Shown here one piece after another: positions 1 through 12,641 of a stretch of DNA of 64,000 bases. The first letter of the stretch is position 1, and each line of letters opens with the position of its first letter. The position numbers were made by a program, and so were the translations under genes. The stretch is from Isurus oxyrinchus (Eukaryota), in assembly GCA_026770705.1 (NCBI GenBank), contig JANJGN010000156.1:434001-498000 (forward strand), in the 5' to 3' direction. Under the pieces are notes generated by a model. That model was not told the DNA's origin. It ran no database searches and saw only the letters and a list, made by a program, of their open reading frames with translations.

Positions 1-830
1 TGCCCATAGCAAGTGAGTGAGTATGTTTGCTAAGCCCCTTCACTGTGGCTTCGACATCCAGCTCTGCTAAGGCAGGCAGGCTTTCTATGGAGTCTAGTTC
101 TTCCTGGGTAACAATGTTAACCCTAACATGCCACTCAAGGAGGAGTTTCAAAATCTGTCCATATTTATTGCAGGCAGTGATGGCTTCCACTGGTTTCATT
201 TGTGTTATTTTTGTTTTGCTGATGAATCTGTTGCATTTGATTGCTTAATCCACCCCCAACCCCACCCCCACCCACCCCACACCCGCACACTCCCCAACAC
301 CGACACCCCTGTGTGGAAGGACATCTCAAAGTTGTGGCAGTTTTGTAGCCAGTAGTCATTGATGCACCGCCTTGCAACATGTTGGACTTTTACCTCAAAT
401 GGCTCCTACGGCATTCAGAGTTTTGTTATTCGGATCTTTCCTGTAAATAATGAGTGGACCACTTGGCTTCAATGGCAGGTTTGGCCACAATCATGTTAGC
501 CTCGAATCAATCAGTGCTTTCCCGCTGTTGCTTCGCATATGTTTAGAAAGCATCATTGGAGATGGTGTCTCGAATTAAGTTCCATTTCGCTTCTGCGCTC
601 TGTGTGTGTAAATAAACAGCTGTAGCATCTTATAGTCAGCTTAGGGGTTTGGCCTCTGTCTCCTTCAGCTTGCCCTGGTTGCACCATGTGACTCATGAAC
701 TTCTACTTTCGAACCTGGATGCCTCTGCATCCCTTTACATCGGTGCAACAAGTTTCAGTCTGCACAGAAGGTTTGGCTTACAAACTTCAGATTCAGCTTT
801 TGCCTCCTTAGAAACTGGGAGGGTCAATTT
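1..830 (-). mobile_element. Degraded RTE-clade LINE fragment (endonuclease-RT linker)
   Basis: Minus-strand peptides KVQHVARRCINDYWLQ and NIVTQEELDSIESLPALAELDVEATVKGLSK resemble RTE ORF2; stops and frameshifts present. Confidence 0.65.
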
Positions 831-1188
831 CCGTCCCCTGTTTCCATTTTCAGTTTGGATTTGGCTCAAAACATAAAGCAAGCTTTTAAAGTACATATTC
901 CATCACAAGGATGAATTGAGAGAATACGCTCTGCCACATTTGTAGGGGAGGCGGGGTTCTATCAACTAGAATAGCAAATTTCTTACAGCAAATTTTAGTC
1001 CCTTGCTCATCCACTTCCACAGAACAGTTCCGCTATCAACTGACCGTGTATTGATTTCCTTTCAGTGGCTCACTCTCCGCGAATATCCCTCCTGTTGAGG
1101 TCTGTAGATGAGAGCAATGGATTTGATGTAGTCATCTTGCACTCCAACAAGGCTTTCAGGTTCTTTCCAGTTGCTCTATTTAGGCCCT

Positions 1189-1263
1189 TCTCTCTCTCCC
1201 TTGCTCTATCTCTCTCTCTTTCTCTCTCTCTGTTTCTCTGTCTTACTCTCTCTCTCTCTGTCT
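1189..1263. repeat. (CT)n microsatellite, imperfect
   Basis: tctctctctccc...tctctctctg seen directly. Confidence 0.9.
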
Positions 1264-1394
1264 GAATTTAGTTTCTGAAATGTTCACTGGCTAATCCTCT
1301 TATTATCAAAAGTTGCCAGCACTGTTCCCGTTCGGTTTGGGATTAATAAAGAGCGGAATAAGGTCGGTTTGAGAGCTCAGTCCAGGGTCAGCTC

Positions 1395-1925
1395 CCCTCT
1401 GACAATGCAGCCCTCGCAGTCCTTACCCACTGGTTGTGCATATCTCCCTCATTCACGAAAATCTTGACAGTGAAGCACTCCCTCATTTCTAACCCACTGT
1501 GAGTGCAGCTCTCCCTCTGTTTTGACCATCTGAAAGCATTTCGCTCCCTTATTCCTGACCCCCTGACAGTGCAGTGTTCCCTCATGCCTAACCCTCTGAC
1601 AGTGCAGCACTCGATCAGTCCTTACTCTCTGACAGTGCAACGCTCCATCAGTCCTGACCCTCTGACAGTGCAGCGATCGCTAAGTCCTCTCCCACTGACT
1701 GAGCATTGCTCCTTCATTCGTTCGAATCTAATCGTGCAACAGCCTCAGCTCTGATCCTCCAAAAGTACAGCTCTCCCTCAGTCTTGACCCTATGACAGTG
1801 CAGCGTTCTCTCAATCCTCACCATCTATCTGTGCAGCGTTCTCTCAGACCAAACCGTCTGACAGTGCAACGCACTCTCAGCACTGAAGATTTGACAGTGA
1901 AGTGCTCCCTCAGTCTGACTGCTCC
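1395..1925 (+). repeat. Degenerate ~33-bp minisatellite (GACAGTGCAGCACTCCCTCAGTCCTGACCCTCT-like), ~16 units
   Basis: Unit starts at 1565, 1598, 1631, 1664 give a 33-bp period. Confidence 0.85.
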
Positions 1926-2349
1926 CCAAATCTGACTGATACAAATGCAGTGATGAAGTGGGAGATTTTGAGGTGCAGGAGCTTTAATCAAACGAGTTTG
2001 CCATATCATTTACTAAATCGACTCTTACGTTCTTTCCCTCTGGGTTAGTCATTTGAGCTCCAAAATTTCAGTAAAACTATGCTATTTAGTGAACACAATC
2101 AGTTCCCTGAAACAGTTCATTTCAAACCATGTTGTGTTGCGAACGGTCAGTCGTTAGAATAGCTAAAATTTCATTATGCCACAGCTCAATATTTGATTTC
2201 AAGACTATTAAAGCATGAATTACAGAAAATTTTATTTACTTCTGACTGTGGTGGCGGGGGGCGAGGGGTGGGAGTGGCGGGGGTGGAAAGTGCGTGTGTG
2301 CTGCGGGTGCTGTGCTGTGGTGGCGGTGTGTAGCTGGGCCACCGCATTT

Positions 2350-3225
2350 CTTGATTGATATCAATAACCTAGGCCTGGGTGTGCAGGGCATACTTTCAGA
2401 ATTTGAGGATGATGCAAGACTTGGAAGTATTGTGAAATTTGTGGAGATAATGATGGATTTCAAGAGGATATAGATAGGCCGGTGGGATGGGAAGACTCGG
2501 GGTAGGTGAACTTTAATGTGCAGGAGTGCGAAGTGATACACTTTGGTCAAATGAACGCGGAAGAGTGACATCAAATGAAGGGCGTAATTCTAAATGGATG
2601 CAGGAGCAGAAGGATGTGGCTGTGTATCTGCATAAATCATTAAAGTTGTCAGGGCAGTTTGAGAAAGCAGCTCTAGGCCCCGAATCCTGGGTTTTATTAA
2701 TCAGGGCAGAGTACCAAAGGAACTAAGTTGTGAGCCTTCATAAAATACTGGTTCAACTTAAACGAAAGTTTTGCGAAGGGTTCCGAAAAGATTTACGAGA
2801 CTGATTCCGAGGATGGGAGAGTTCAGATATGTGAATAGATGGGTGAAGCTGCGGCTGTACTTCTTGGAGAAGAGAAGTTTCAGGGGAGATTTTGCAGCCG
2901 TGCTCAAAATCATGAGGGATCTAGATGGTGAAAATAGTAAAATTGCTCCCATCGGCGGGCGGTTGAGAAGCCTAAACTGATTTTAAACATTACCAGAGGC
3001 GGCATGAAGAAAATCTTCTTTATGCAACAACTGATTTGGATCTGGAAGCTACTGGCTGAGTGTGTTTTGGAGGCAGATTCCATTGGAGTAGATAATTATC
3101 TGAAAACACAATATTTTCAGGGCTACATGGAAAAAGCGGAGGAATGGGACTGGCTGAGTTGCTGTTGCAGAGAACCGGCAGGGAGACAATGTGCTGAATG
3201 GCCTCCTTCTGTGCTATGACCATTA
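2350..3225 (+). mobile_element. CR1 LINE 3' fragment (RT C-terminus plus 3' UTR)
   Basis: INNLGLGVQGILSEFEDDARLGSIV (FADD region), KRFTRLIPRM and the gaatggcctccttctgtgct tail. Confidence 0.85.
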
Positions 3226-3614
3226 TATAACTCTATGGGTAACCGTGCTTTAATGCCCTGCTAACCAAACTACGCAATAACTGGGGACAAAATAACTGAT
3301 TGCTTTACACATAAGAAGCAGGACAATGGAAGACATGCGCACTCCGAGGGATTAGCACACATGTTATGTATAAAGTGTATCCAGATCATTTACTTCAGAT
3401 TATTTATACACAGCCAATAGGGAATAATTTGCTTTATAGATCCACACAATGTAAGACATGACTAGACGTTCCCCGTCACACCAGCTTCCCCAAGTATCCC
3501 TGTCACCCTCCCCCAGCATCCTAGAAACCTGATCGCGATGGTAAGTAATTCCTCAGTGTGATTTTTGGACAATCAAACTTGCGGCACATTCCCCACAAAC
3601 GCGAAATAAGTATG

Positions 3615-3720
3615 TCAGTTCTGACCAAGTCATCGACCTAAAAATGATAACTTTGTTGTCACTCATTACAGAAGCTGCTAGACCCGCCGAGTATTCCCGG
3701 GATTCTCTGTTTCCTTTTAA
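3615..3720 (+). mobile_element. Penelope-like pLTR fragment
   Basis: gttctgaccaagtcatcgacct...gctgctagacccgccgagtattccc matches the repeat also seen at 5310-5445, 22790-22965, 29655-29766, 49615-49765, 51450-51655 and 54215-54540. Confidence 0.55.
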
Positions 3721-6031
3721 CCTGTAAGGACAGCTGCGGCCAGTCTTTTCCTGTATGTTTCTGAGGGATGAAACATTCTCCCGCTCCCCCGCCACACCGC
3801 ACCCCACCATGCCCCTCTCTTTTTTTGATGGGTTTACAGAACAAACGCTGGGAGGGGTGAAATACCAGTTTTCTTACTTTGCTGTGGCCTGTTTTGCGGG
3901 CAATGATAATTGTGCAAGATGGGCTCTCTGTTTGCGAGCTCCATGCGTCACTGCAGTGTTGACAATGTAAATGATATTGACGCAGAAATTGATACAAGCG
4001 TCGCCTCCGATGCTGTAAAACCAGTAACAAGTGCGGCAAACAGAACTTAAATTCGGATGACACTCGTCACTCACAATGGCTTTGAATTATAGCAGGTGGA
4101 ATGAAGTTAGATGAAAGAATTAGTGACCGCTCGCTTCTGAAAAACAACGAGACTTTTCACCTGGTTGCAAGATGTGGAGAGCAGAGTCCTTGAATTAACC
4201 GCTGTCACATGCCACAAATGGCTGCCTCACAACAAACTAAACACGTGTTAAGTGATTGGTGTATGAGTGAGAAACATGTGGAGTTTGTTCTCCTACCCGC
4301 TATATATTGGATAACTGATAGCTATTGGCAGATAGGTGCAGCTGTCCCTTGCATCTGCTCTTAGCTCAATAGCTACATTTATCCGCTCTCTTTAAAGCGA
4401 CTATTGTCGTTCGTAAATCCATTGTGCTTAAGTGAATTATTACTGTTTTGTTCGCTGTCGATTGGTATGATACACAATCGGTGTCTCGCCAATTGGAAGC
4501 AGTTATATTCTCCATAGGTTGACGTGTTGTTTTTGTGGCTCCGCTTTGTGTGTACGGTGTAAACGTCGATATCAACTGTGCATATTCAAGGATAAAATCA
4601 TTCCTCCTGCATAACATTTGAGCTAATAATACATTGCTCTGATCTATCAACACTTTTTCAGTGACATGTCAACCTAAATGTATCTGAGAATGTTCCTTAT
4701 TCCTCTTTTAGTTATGCCCAAGAGTACGTGTGTCATGATACTTAACCAAAGCATTAAAATACTCCAAATGTGAAATAGAGGATTGTAAGAAGCTCCCTTT
4801 CGTATAATAGGGGCTTTATCATTTTACCCAGAGTATTGTTAAAATATATCCGCATTAATTACGGCGATGCGGAAATTTAATTTATAATCGGGCGATCTGA
4901 TTTAGGGAGGAAATAAAACGAAACAAGAACAAAACTTGGAGGCACTGGATCACCTGCAGCAATGTTTTAGTGATTTCATCATGAATAGCATAGCGTAGAA
5001 GCCTCATGAATAACGTTGGTGTAGGGTTACAGCTCGAAATATTGTAATGATTCTCTACATGGACACAACTATTAATGCTCGAGTAGGGTCTTCCTCAGTA
5101 ATATTAAATTCACTGTAAGAAAAGCTACGATGACCTCGCCAACAGTAATGTTCGTGAAAGGAAATCACGAGTAGGAGTTGAGCAGGAGCCTATCCTGTAA
5201 CCCGACAGTTGGGTTACCATCAGTGATGTTATGCCAATGTCACCATCAACACTAGAATAGAGTCACCGTGAAAATTCTGGAATAGGATCAAAAACAATAA
5301 TCCAAAAACAAAATATGGCGATGCCGGAAACCTGAAATTGAAAAAGACAATGTTGACCGTTACCTGAAGCAGTAACTCTGATTGACTCTCCACTGATGCT
5401 GCAGGATCTGCTGAGCATTCCCAGCATTTTCTGCTTGTATTTCCCAACTAATAATGTTGGAGCAGGGCATCCCGATGTTTGAGTGGAGTTTGCATTGCTA
5501 ATGATAGATTAAAATCAGTACGGATTAGTTTCCTAAATGTTTCCCACTATTAATGTTAGTGTTTATAATGAGTAGCAGCTGACTGATAGCAACAGCATAA
5601 ATATACGGGCATCGCCAGTATTCTTAATGTCAGAGCAATATCATTGTCAGCAATAATAACGCCGAGACATCACGAGGTTTCGCCACAGAACACAGGAAGT
5701 TTAAGTTTAAGAATTACAGTCTATAACATGTTTACATTCTGCAATGGATGATTCAAGATCGCAAAAGAATAATATGAAGCCCCAGGAATCCAACACTGTA
5801 CAGAGGGGTATCCCTTTCCACATTCAAGGGGGTCATGCGCAGAACACATTCCACCTGGGGTTGCTTCCGATCATTAATTTAAGTGAGGAAGTTTCTGGAA
5901 TTGAGCTGACCAATTTCCCCATTGACGGACCGGGGTCTCTAAGAGGTAAATTATTCGCTTGTTTGTAAAGTGACTATAACTAACACGAATTATTGTGTAA
6001 GCTGATTTCCTCACCGCGATTTGAATTGGCC

Positions 6032-6037
6032 TATAAA
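6032..6037 (+). promoter_or_regulatory. Candidate TATA box of the GPCR gene
   Basis: TATAAA about 70 bp upstream of the exon 1 ATG at 6107. Confidence 0.35.
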
Positions 6038-6106
6038 GGGGAAAACAGTTACGGATCTTTAATGCAATTCAGAAAAGTGAGTGATCCATCGCATTCTTCT
6101 ACAAAC

Positions 6107-6176
6107 ATGTTCCTGCCAACGATTCTACAAGTAAAGCAAATTTACTACCCAATTCTAGCAGCCTTTGGTATTCCCA
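6107..6176 (+). CDS. GPR139-like class A GPCR, coding exon 1 (MFLPTILQVKQIYYPILAAFGIP)
   Basis: 23 codons plus 1 nt, then a GTAAGT donor at 6177; phase 1 joins in frame to exon 2 (A+CG AAC = T-N of TM1). Confidence 0.85.
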
Positions 6177-8332
6177 GTAAGTCATTGCTGCCTGGTAACT
6201 GCTGAGTATTTCACTGCTAGTGGTTATGTGGCTGATTGTGGGAATGTCTCACTGCCGATTCATATTTCTACCAGGATGAATGCTGAATAGCAACGGGAAG
6301 TATTGCTGTTCACAGGGCCTCGGAGCCGTGGTTCTGCTCGGCACATTTTGGGCACCTGGAGTTTAATTTTCCTGCTCACCCTGAAGGAGAGGGGGTTTGA
6401 ATTGCCGCCACTCCAACAGTTCATAGATCATTAAAGAATGTGCTGCTTAGTGTCTATGTTAACAATCTCAGATGTCATGTTGCCTATTGTCGACATTACA
6501 GTGATAATTCCTAGTACTGCAGCATCCTCCACCCAGCAGGGAACAGAAAGATATTTTGAGGAACAGGAAGTTGCTCCTCATTCCTCCCTCGCAAAGAATC
6601 TTTGCAGATCCATCTGTTCCCGTTTAGTTCATGACCGGGTCCATCAGAGCGATTATAAAAAGTCAAATAGATATGTATTGAATTAAATTGGAGAGTTATT
6701 TTCTTTAACTGAATATTTTATTTGAATTTATTGCTTCCAGTAATGGATTGGAAATTATATTGTACACCGCTGGCATCTGGTGTCCCTCCCGAGATTCCCA
6801 TCGCCAAATAATCAGGAGGAACCTGTTGTAAAATTCTCTTTAGTGTAACATGGAGCCTCAGTGGCAATTTATCAAATTCACTCGGTGTATCACACGGGAA
6901 CGGCCTGATGACAGCTAGGTTATATGTCAGGAAATGTGTTTATTATTTCACTGTTTAAATACAACAAGTTAAAGAAATATCCCATTTTCCCTTCATGAAA
7001 CTTCTTATTGGTAAGTGGACTGTCTCTGTGAGGTACTCACGGGTGACTAGCACTGTACAGTTTAAATGTAAATTGAACCTCAATCCAATGCCATTGGCAA
7101 TGGTCTTTGAAAGAGAATCGGGAGATATGTATGAGGGATGGTTGATCATATTTTGCCAGTTTTACACAATTAACCAACGTCAACATTAGCTCCAGTTGAG
7201 GCATCAATGCATAAGTGTCGGTCGGAGTAGCAGCAGCTTGGAGGGACTCTCCGTTACTATCCTCTAGACTGAATTCGAGTGACCCTTCTCTCAGCACCAT
7301 GAAAACATCAGACTGAAATTTACCGAGAGGAAGGCAGAGCCCAGTTCCTGTGCATAGTGTTACAGTCCACTTGAGAATCAATTACCTTTTGGAACCGAAC
7401 TTCTCAGAGGACTCCGATGGAAGGAAACAATGGTCAAGATTTCACTTCTTTTAACATGTACTGTAAAAAAATCAAACCATAGACAAAAATATATTATTAA
7501 TTGATAATTGTATTCAGTAGAAAGTGTTTATTAGAGTTGGAGTAGCTGATACGACAGTTGTAAATCTGACGGATTTCTCGGCTAGTCCTCAGCACATATT
7601 TGGCAGTGTGTTCAGTCCCAGTGTCTCTCACAACTCCACCTTGCTCCTGCAGTCCTCAATTACGATAATCATCAACAAGGCCTAATTCTGTGTAGCATCT
7701 TTCACTCGGGTCACAACAGTCCTGATGGCGGAGTTTTCCCAGAAGCACTGTCACCCCACCATTCAATGGCTCTCTGGTACACTGTATGATCAGCTCTGCT
7801 TAAAAAAATAACTCCCAGCTCTTCAGCTTGCCTGGTTGGCTCAAAGATTTTCTCAGGTTTTAGTCTTTAAAGATTGCTCCCATTCACAGATTCACCGAGA
7901 GCCCCTGGGCCTGCATTGGTTCTGCTGAAAAGCAATTCAATTTCTTAGACTCCTGCTTGTTTTGACCACAGACTGAAATCCTATCTCCCAATCTGATTAT
8001 AGTCCCTAATCAGTTTCCATTTCCATACCAATTACATGCACAGCTTCATTTCTCAGAAGTCTGTTTTCTAATTTGAAGATCCCACTGCCAGAAATCTGGT
8101 TCCAGTCTCTGCTTCAGCTAGGGGCTTCTCAAAGATACTGCTTTTGAAAATAAGCTCAATAGAGTGCATATACGTTTATTTATTTTAGGAATTTCGTGAA
8201 CACTGTCCAATATTATAAATCGGATATGTGTATATAATGCAAGGCAGAAATGCGCAGTACTATTTTCAGTAATATTCTGTGGAATGTTTGTGAGTGTCCA
8301 TGCTAGCTACTTTCTCTCCCTTTTTCCCACAG

Positions 8333-9171
8333 CGAACCTGATGACAATCGTGATTCTCTCCAGAGGAACCTGCGGCCTATCAAAATGTATTTCTTTCTAT
8401 ATGTTGTCCCTGGCAATAGCTGATTTACTGGTCATGCTCAATAATGTTCTCGTGTATCAAATCCTGAGTAAGCATTTTCCACATATAATCCTGCCAAATA
8501 CACCCATTTGCAAGTTCATAATGTACACAAATAATGTCAACCTGTATTTTTCGGTCTGGTTTACAATCTGCTTCACATTTGACCGCTTTGTATCTATCTG
8601 TATTCACATGTTTAAGACAAGATATTGCACAATGAGAACTGCGGTGACAGTTCTAACAGCAATCTCTGTCCTTTCGTGTTTACAGTGCATCCCCTTTTGG
8701 TTTGCATATGAACCTAAGCGAATAATTGACAATGTTCACTGGGGTTTCCAACCCAGCCTGGAATTTTATACATCTCTTATTGGTGTAACATTCACTTGGC
8801 TACAAAGTATTTCATTGACTTGGATTCCTTTCACTTTGATATTACTGTTTAATTGTTTGACGGTCAGACGGATTTTAGTAGCCAGTCGAGCCCGTAAGGA
8901 GCTCCGGGGTCACAGCAACGAGAAGCACAGTGAACCGGAAATACAGAACCGAAGGAAATCGATTATATTACTGTTCACTGTATCGGGTAATTTTATACTA
9001 TTGTGGCTGACAGCAGTCGTTTCTACATTAGTCAATGGTATGTTCATTCATGTACGACCGGATTATACAGCTCCCGCATACATCGCCACTCAAACTGGAC
9101 AAATGCTCATGTATTTGAGTTCCTGCACAAACGCGTTTATTTATGCAGCTACACAAATAAATTCCGGGTAG
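8333..9171 (+). CDS. GPR139/GPR142-like class A GPCR, exon 2; C-terminal frameshift, possibly a pseudogene
   Basis: Polypyrimidine tract plus cacag acceptor; 7TM motifs NLMTIVILSRG.CGLSKC, LAIADLL, CKF, FTFDRFVSIC, WIPF, RRKSIILL, SSCTNAFIY; helix 8 KFRVELKK lies in another frame. Confidence 0.85.
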
Positions 9172-9769
9172 AGCTGAAGAAGATAGTGAAATCTCCTTGG
9201 ACAATTATTCTGATACTGATAAAAACAAAATGCAAAATGAAACAAACTCTTCCTATTCTGACCATAGTTAAATTTTCTCCAGTGTTCCCGGTTAGAACGT
9301 GCCCTTTCTGCTGCCACGACAACATGTTGTTTTATTTAAATAATATCAGAAAACTTTGTCCCACATTGTGTCATGTATTTCATATCTGCTGATTTTCCAC
9401 GGGGATTAGAATTGTTTCTTCCATTTGCAGCGTGCTTGCTACTCAGGGTACGTGGAGAACAGTCATTAAAATGTTACAACAGTAGAATAAACCCATTCTG
9501 TGTTGGCCTTAACTCCGGTGAACGGCAGGAACTGCAATAAGAAGCGCCAGTTTAGTAAACAGCTAAGGTCCCAAAACTTCCAATGTCCAGTGCAGTGAAT
9601 TTAAGTTGTTGTTACACATCCCAAACTGCGCGGACGTCCTGACACGTTTTTGACAATATTTTCTATCGATAACTAAGCCCTGATCCATCATAAATTGTTC
9701 CTCTGCGGAAGGAGAGCAGGGGCGTTTAGGGACCAGAACGAGGATTCCGGGGACGGCAGGGCATGTGAG

Positions 9770-11400
9770 ATAATAAATGAATGCTTTGCACCTGCTTTTA
9801 CGAAGGAAGAATATGCTGGATAGGCCATAATGAAACAGGAAGGAATAAAGTCACTAAAAGAGTTAAAATTGATAAGGAGGAAGTATTGGATAGGTTAGCT
9901 GCACTGAAAGCCGTCGAATGAGGGAAGCGGGAGAGTAAAAATTGAAGGGGTACTGCCTATAAAGTTTCGGTCTTATGTAGATTCAAGGATCGTCCTAGAT
10001 GACTGGAAAGTTTCAATCAATGCACCCTTATTCAAAGAAGCGTCAAGGGATTAAACTACAGATTTGTCAGTTTAAATTCGCTGATCAGAAACTTCTAGAA
10101 AGTACAATTAGCGACAGAATTAATAGAGGTGGACATATGCAAGTTAATTAAGGAAACCAGTATAGAATTCTGAATGGGAAATCATAGCTAACCTACTTTT
10201 TAAAAAAAAAAATAACATACAGTGTCGATAAAGGCAAAACTATTGTTGTGCATGGACTCCCAACACAGGTGATACAGTGCCACACAACAGTCATGTGAGA
10301 AAAAACATGTAGCCAATGGAATAAATGGGACAGTAGCAACATATTTACAAAACTGGCTGAGTGACAGGAAGTATTGGTTTATGCATATTTTTCAAGCTGG
10401 ATGATGGTTTGTGTTGGAATTCCCCAGACGTCTGCATGGCATCATTGTTTTCGCCTGAAAAAATATTAATGATCTACACCTTGGTGTACAGGGAACAATT
10501 TCAAATTTCTCGGACGATACAAAACTTGAAAGCATTGTGCACCGTGGGGAGTGCAGTTTAGAGCTGCAAAAGGACATATACAAGTTGCTGGAATTGGTTT
10601 ATAAGTGGCAGATGAATTCAAAGTAGCAAAATGTGAGCCGGTACACTTCGGTAAAAAGTGCATATAAGGTAAGGCGTACAAGTGCAAGAGAGGTTCTGGA
10701 GCAGAGGGATATTGGTGTATATGTCTATATATAGTTAAGCGTGGCAGGATAGGTTGGGAGGGCAGTTAATGAAGTATAAAGTTTCTTCGCCATTATTAAT
10801 AAGAACATAGGTTACAAAAGCAAGGAGGATATGTTCAGCTGTATTTAGACCTCAACTAGAGTTCTGCGGTCAGTCCTGGGCCTCACATTTTAGGAAGGAT
10901 TTATGTCATTGGAGAGAGAGAGCAGTAGAGGTTTACGGGATTAAGATGTAGGATTCATTAGTTATGAAGAGAGGTAGGAGAAATTGAAACACTTTTCTTT
11001 GGATAAAATAATCTAGGAGGAGCTTTGATAGAAGTATCCAAAACCCTGAGGAGACTGGAGAGGGAAGTTAGGGATAAAGTGTTCCCATTGGTGGAAGGAA
11101 TATAAAAAAAAGTGAGCGCAAATTTATAATAATGGGCAAAACAAAACAAAAGTAATAGGAAAAAATAACTTTTTTAACCAATGAGTGGATGGGTCTGGAA
11201 TGGACTTCATGAAGGTGGAGCCAGGTTCAATCGAGGCATTCAAGAGGGAATTGGTGCTTTCTTCGAAAATAAATAATTTCACTGTTACGAGGAGAAGGCA
11301 GGAGAATGGCATTAGATAAGGTGCTCATTCACAAGAGCCGCTGCAGACATGATGAGTTGAATGGCCTAATTCTTGCACTGTAACAATTCTGTGATTCTCT
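9770..11400 (+). mobile_element. CR1 LINE, ~1.6-kb degraded ORF2 plus 3' UTR
   Basis: DWKVS..APLFK, ISNFSDDTKL, and the tail gaatggcct...ctgtaacaattctgtgattct. Confidence 0.85.
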
Positions 11401-11429
11401 CTCTACACCGCAAGACATATGAATATGCG

Positions 11430-12400
11430 AGGCAGAATCTGGTATCGCCCTGCAGCACCGCACATCTACCAAAACGCTCATCTCTGCCTCAATCTTCTAT
11501 CAACCAATCCAAATTCTCAGGCCAGTCATCATCATACTCAACGTCAGTCTTCTCCATTTTACACGTTGCCGAAAAGATTTGATTGTTGTGCTTTGGACAA
11601 TATATTGGTAATCACAACAAACAACTGTTGATCATTCCCCATGAATTTCTAGGGTTCAATCGTCTCCACTGTCATTTTAGGCCCACCTTTGCTCAGAATT
11701 CCAAAATTGGCTAAAAGAGCAACCACCTTCAGTCTGCCTATCAGCAACTCTGTAATTGTACTGATGCCAGCGCCTACGTTCAATCGATCTCCAAATTCAG
11801 CAATCATGGAGGCCTCCATACTTTTAATCAATGCTGAAGCGTCTGCATTTGAACTGAAAATGGTCGGAAATGAATGAATGCCCGCCTTCTTTTTAGGAAA
11901 GTAACCATTTGTTCTAGAAGAGTCTCCTCCATGAAATGGAAACCCCGTCAGTTCTAGAAATATGTGAAATTTGGGTACAATTACGTACTTTTAATAGAAA
12001 CACAGACTCGGAACATCTAGGGCAAACTTTGTCAATCTCTCATAACACCTATTAAACTCTAGAATATACTCTTCCATGGATTGATGGTCTGTCATCGCTA
12101 ATTTATCAAATGTTGACAAAGCTACGTAGACTTCTAACAAATCACCTTCAATATAAAACCTATCCAACAATTGTCACAGAAGACTTAGTCCCTCCTCAGT
12201 GTCCAAACCACCTCCAAAAATAATTGACCCCTAATCTTATTGTTTCCTGCTGCTGCCGAATTCAAAGTGGTGCCCTTCTTCCTCTTGGAAAACGAGGTAA
12301 CTCGAGTCCTCATTTCCACTTCATTTTCCGCTGCTTCTACCGTTCAAATAAGCGAAAAAAACTGTTGCAATCAAAGGTTGAAAATTTGCTGTGGAGAGAG
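11430..12400 (-). mobile_element. Degraded Ty1/Copia-like LTR retrotransposon gag (to start of protease)
   Basis: Minus-strand peptides EVEMRTRVTSFSKRKKG, LDTEEGL, SMEEYILEFNRCYERLTKF and NPRNSWGMIN..C (Zn-knuckle lead-in). Confidence 0.55.
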
Positions 12401-12641
12401 GAAGAGAGGATTCACACTTCAGGTCGATTGAAGTTTTAACGAATAGATCTGTTATCGGAACGTCGAAATTGCCAGAGCTACAAAGTTCTTCCATTTTTTT
12501 CCATTTGAATCATGGAATAGCAACAACACAGGTAGAGGCTATTCGGGCTGTCCAATCTGTGCTGGCCCTCTGAAAGAACAATTCACCGAATGCTGCTCCC
12601 TGTAATCCTCCAATGTTTCACTATTCATCTGAGTGCGGATT

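Noticed and set aside
2249-2286. G-quadruplex-capable G-runs (also 14940-15100, 59905-59950)
   Set aside because: Low-complexity tracts with no supporting context
4290-4400. U2 snRNA-like words on the minus strand (gctaagagca, tatctg, tatcagtt)
   Set aside because: Needs several large gaps and the 3' half does not match
7037-8000. 114-aa minus-strand ORF and flanking sequence in the GPCR intron
   Set aside because: No recognisable domain; probably a decayed non-LTR element that I could not assign
8284-8332. ORF-track start MFVSVHASYFLSLFP as the GPCR N-terminus
   Set aside because: It is the intron polypyrimidine tract and acceptor; the real N-terminus is exon 1 at 6107
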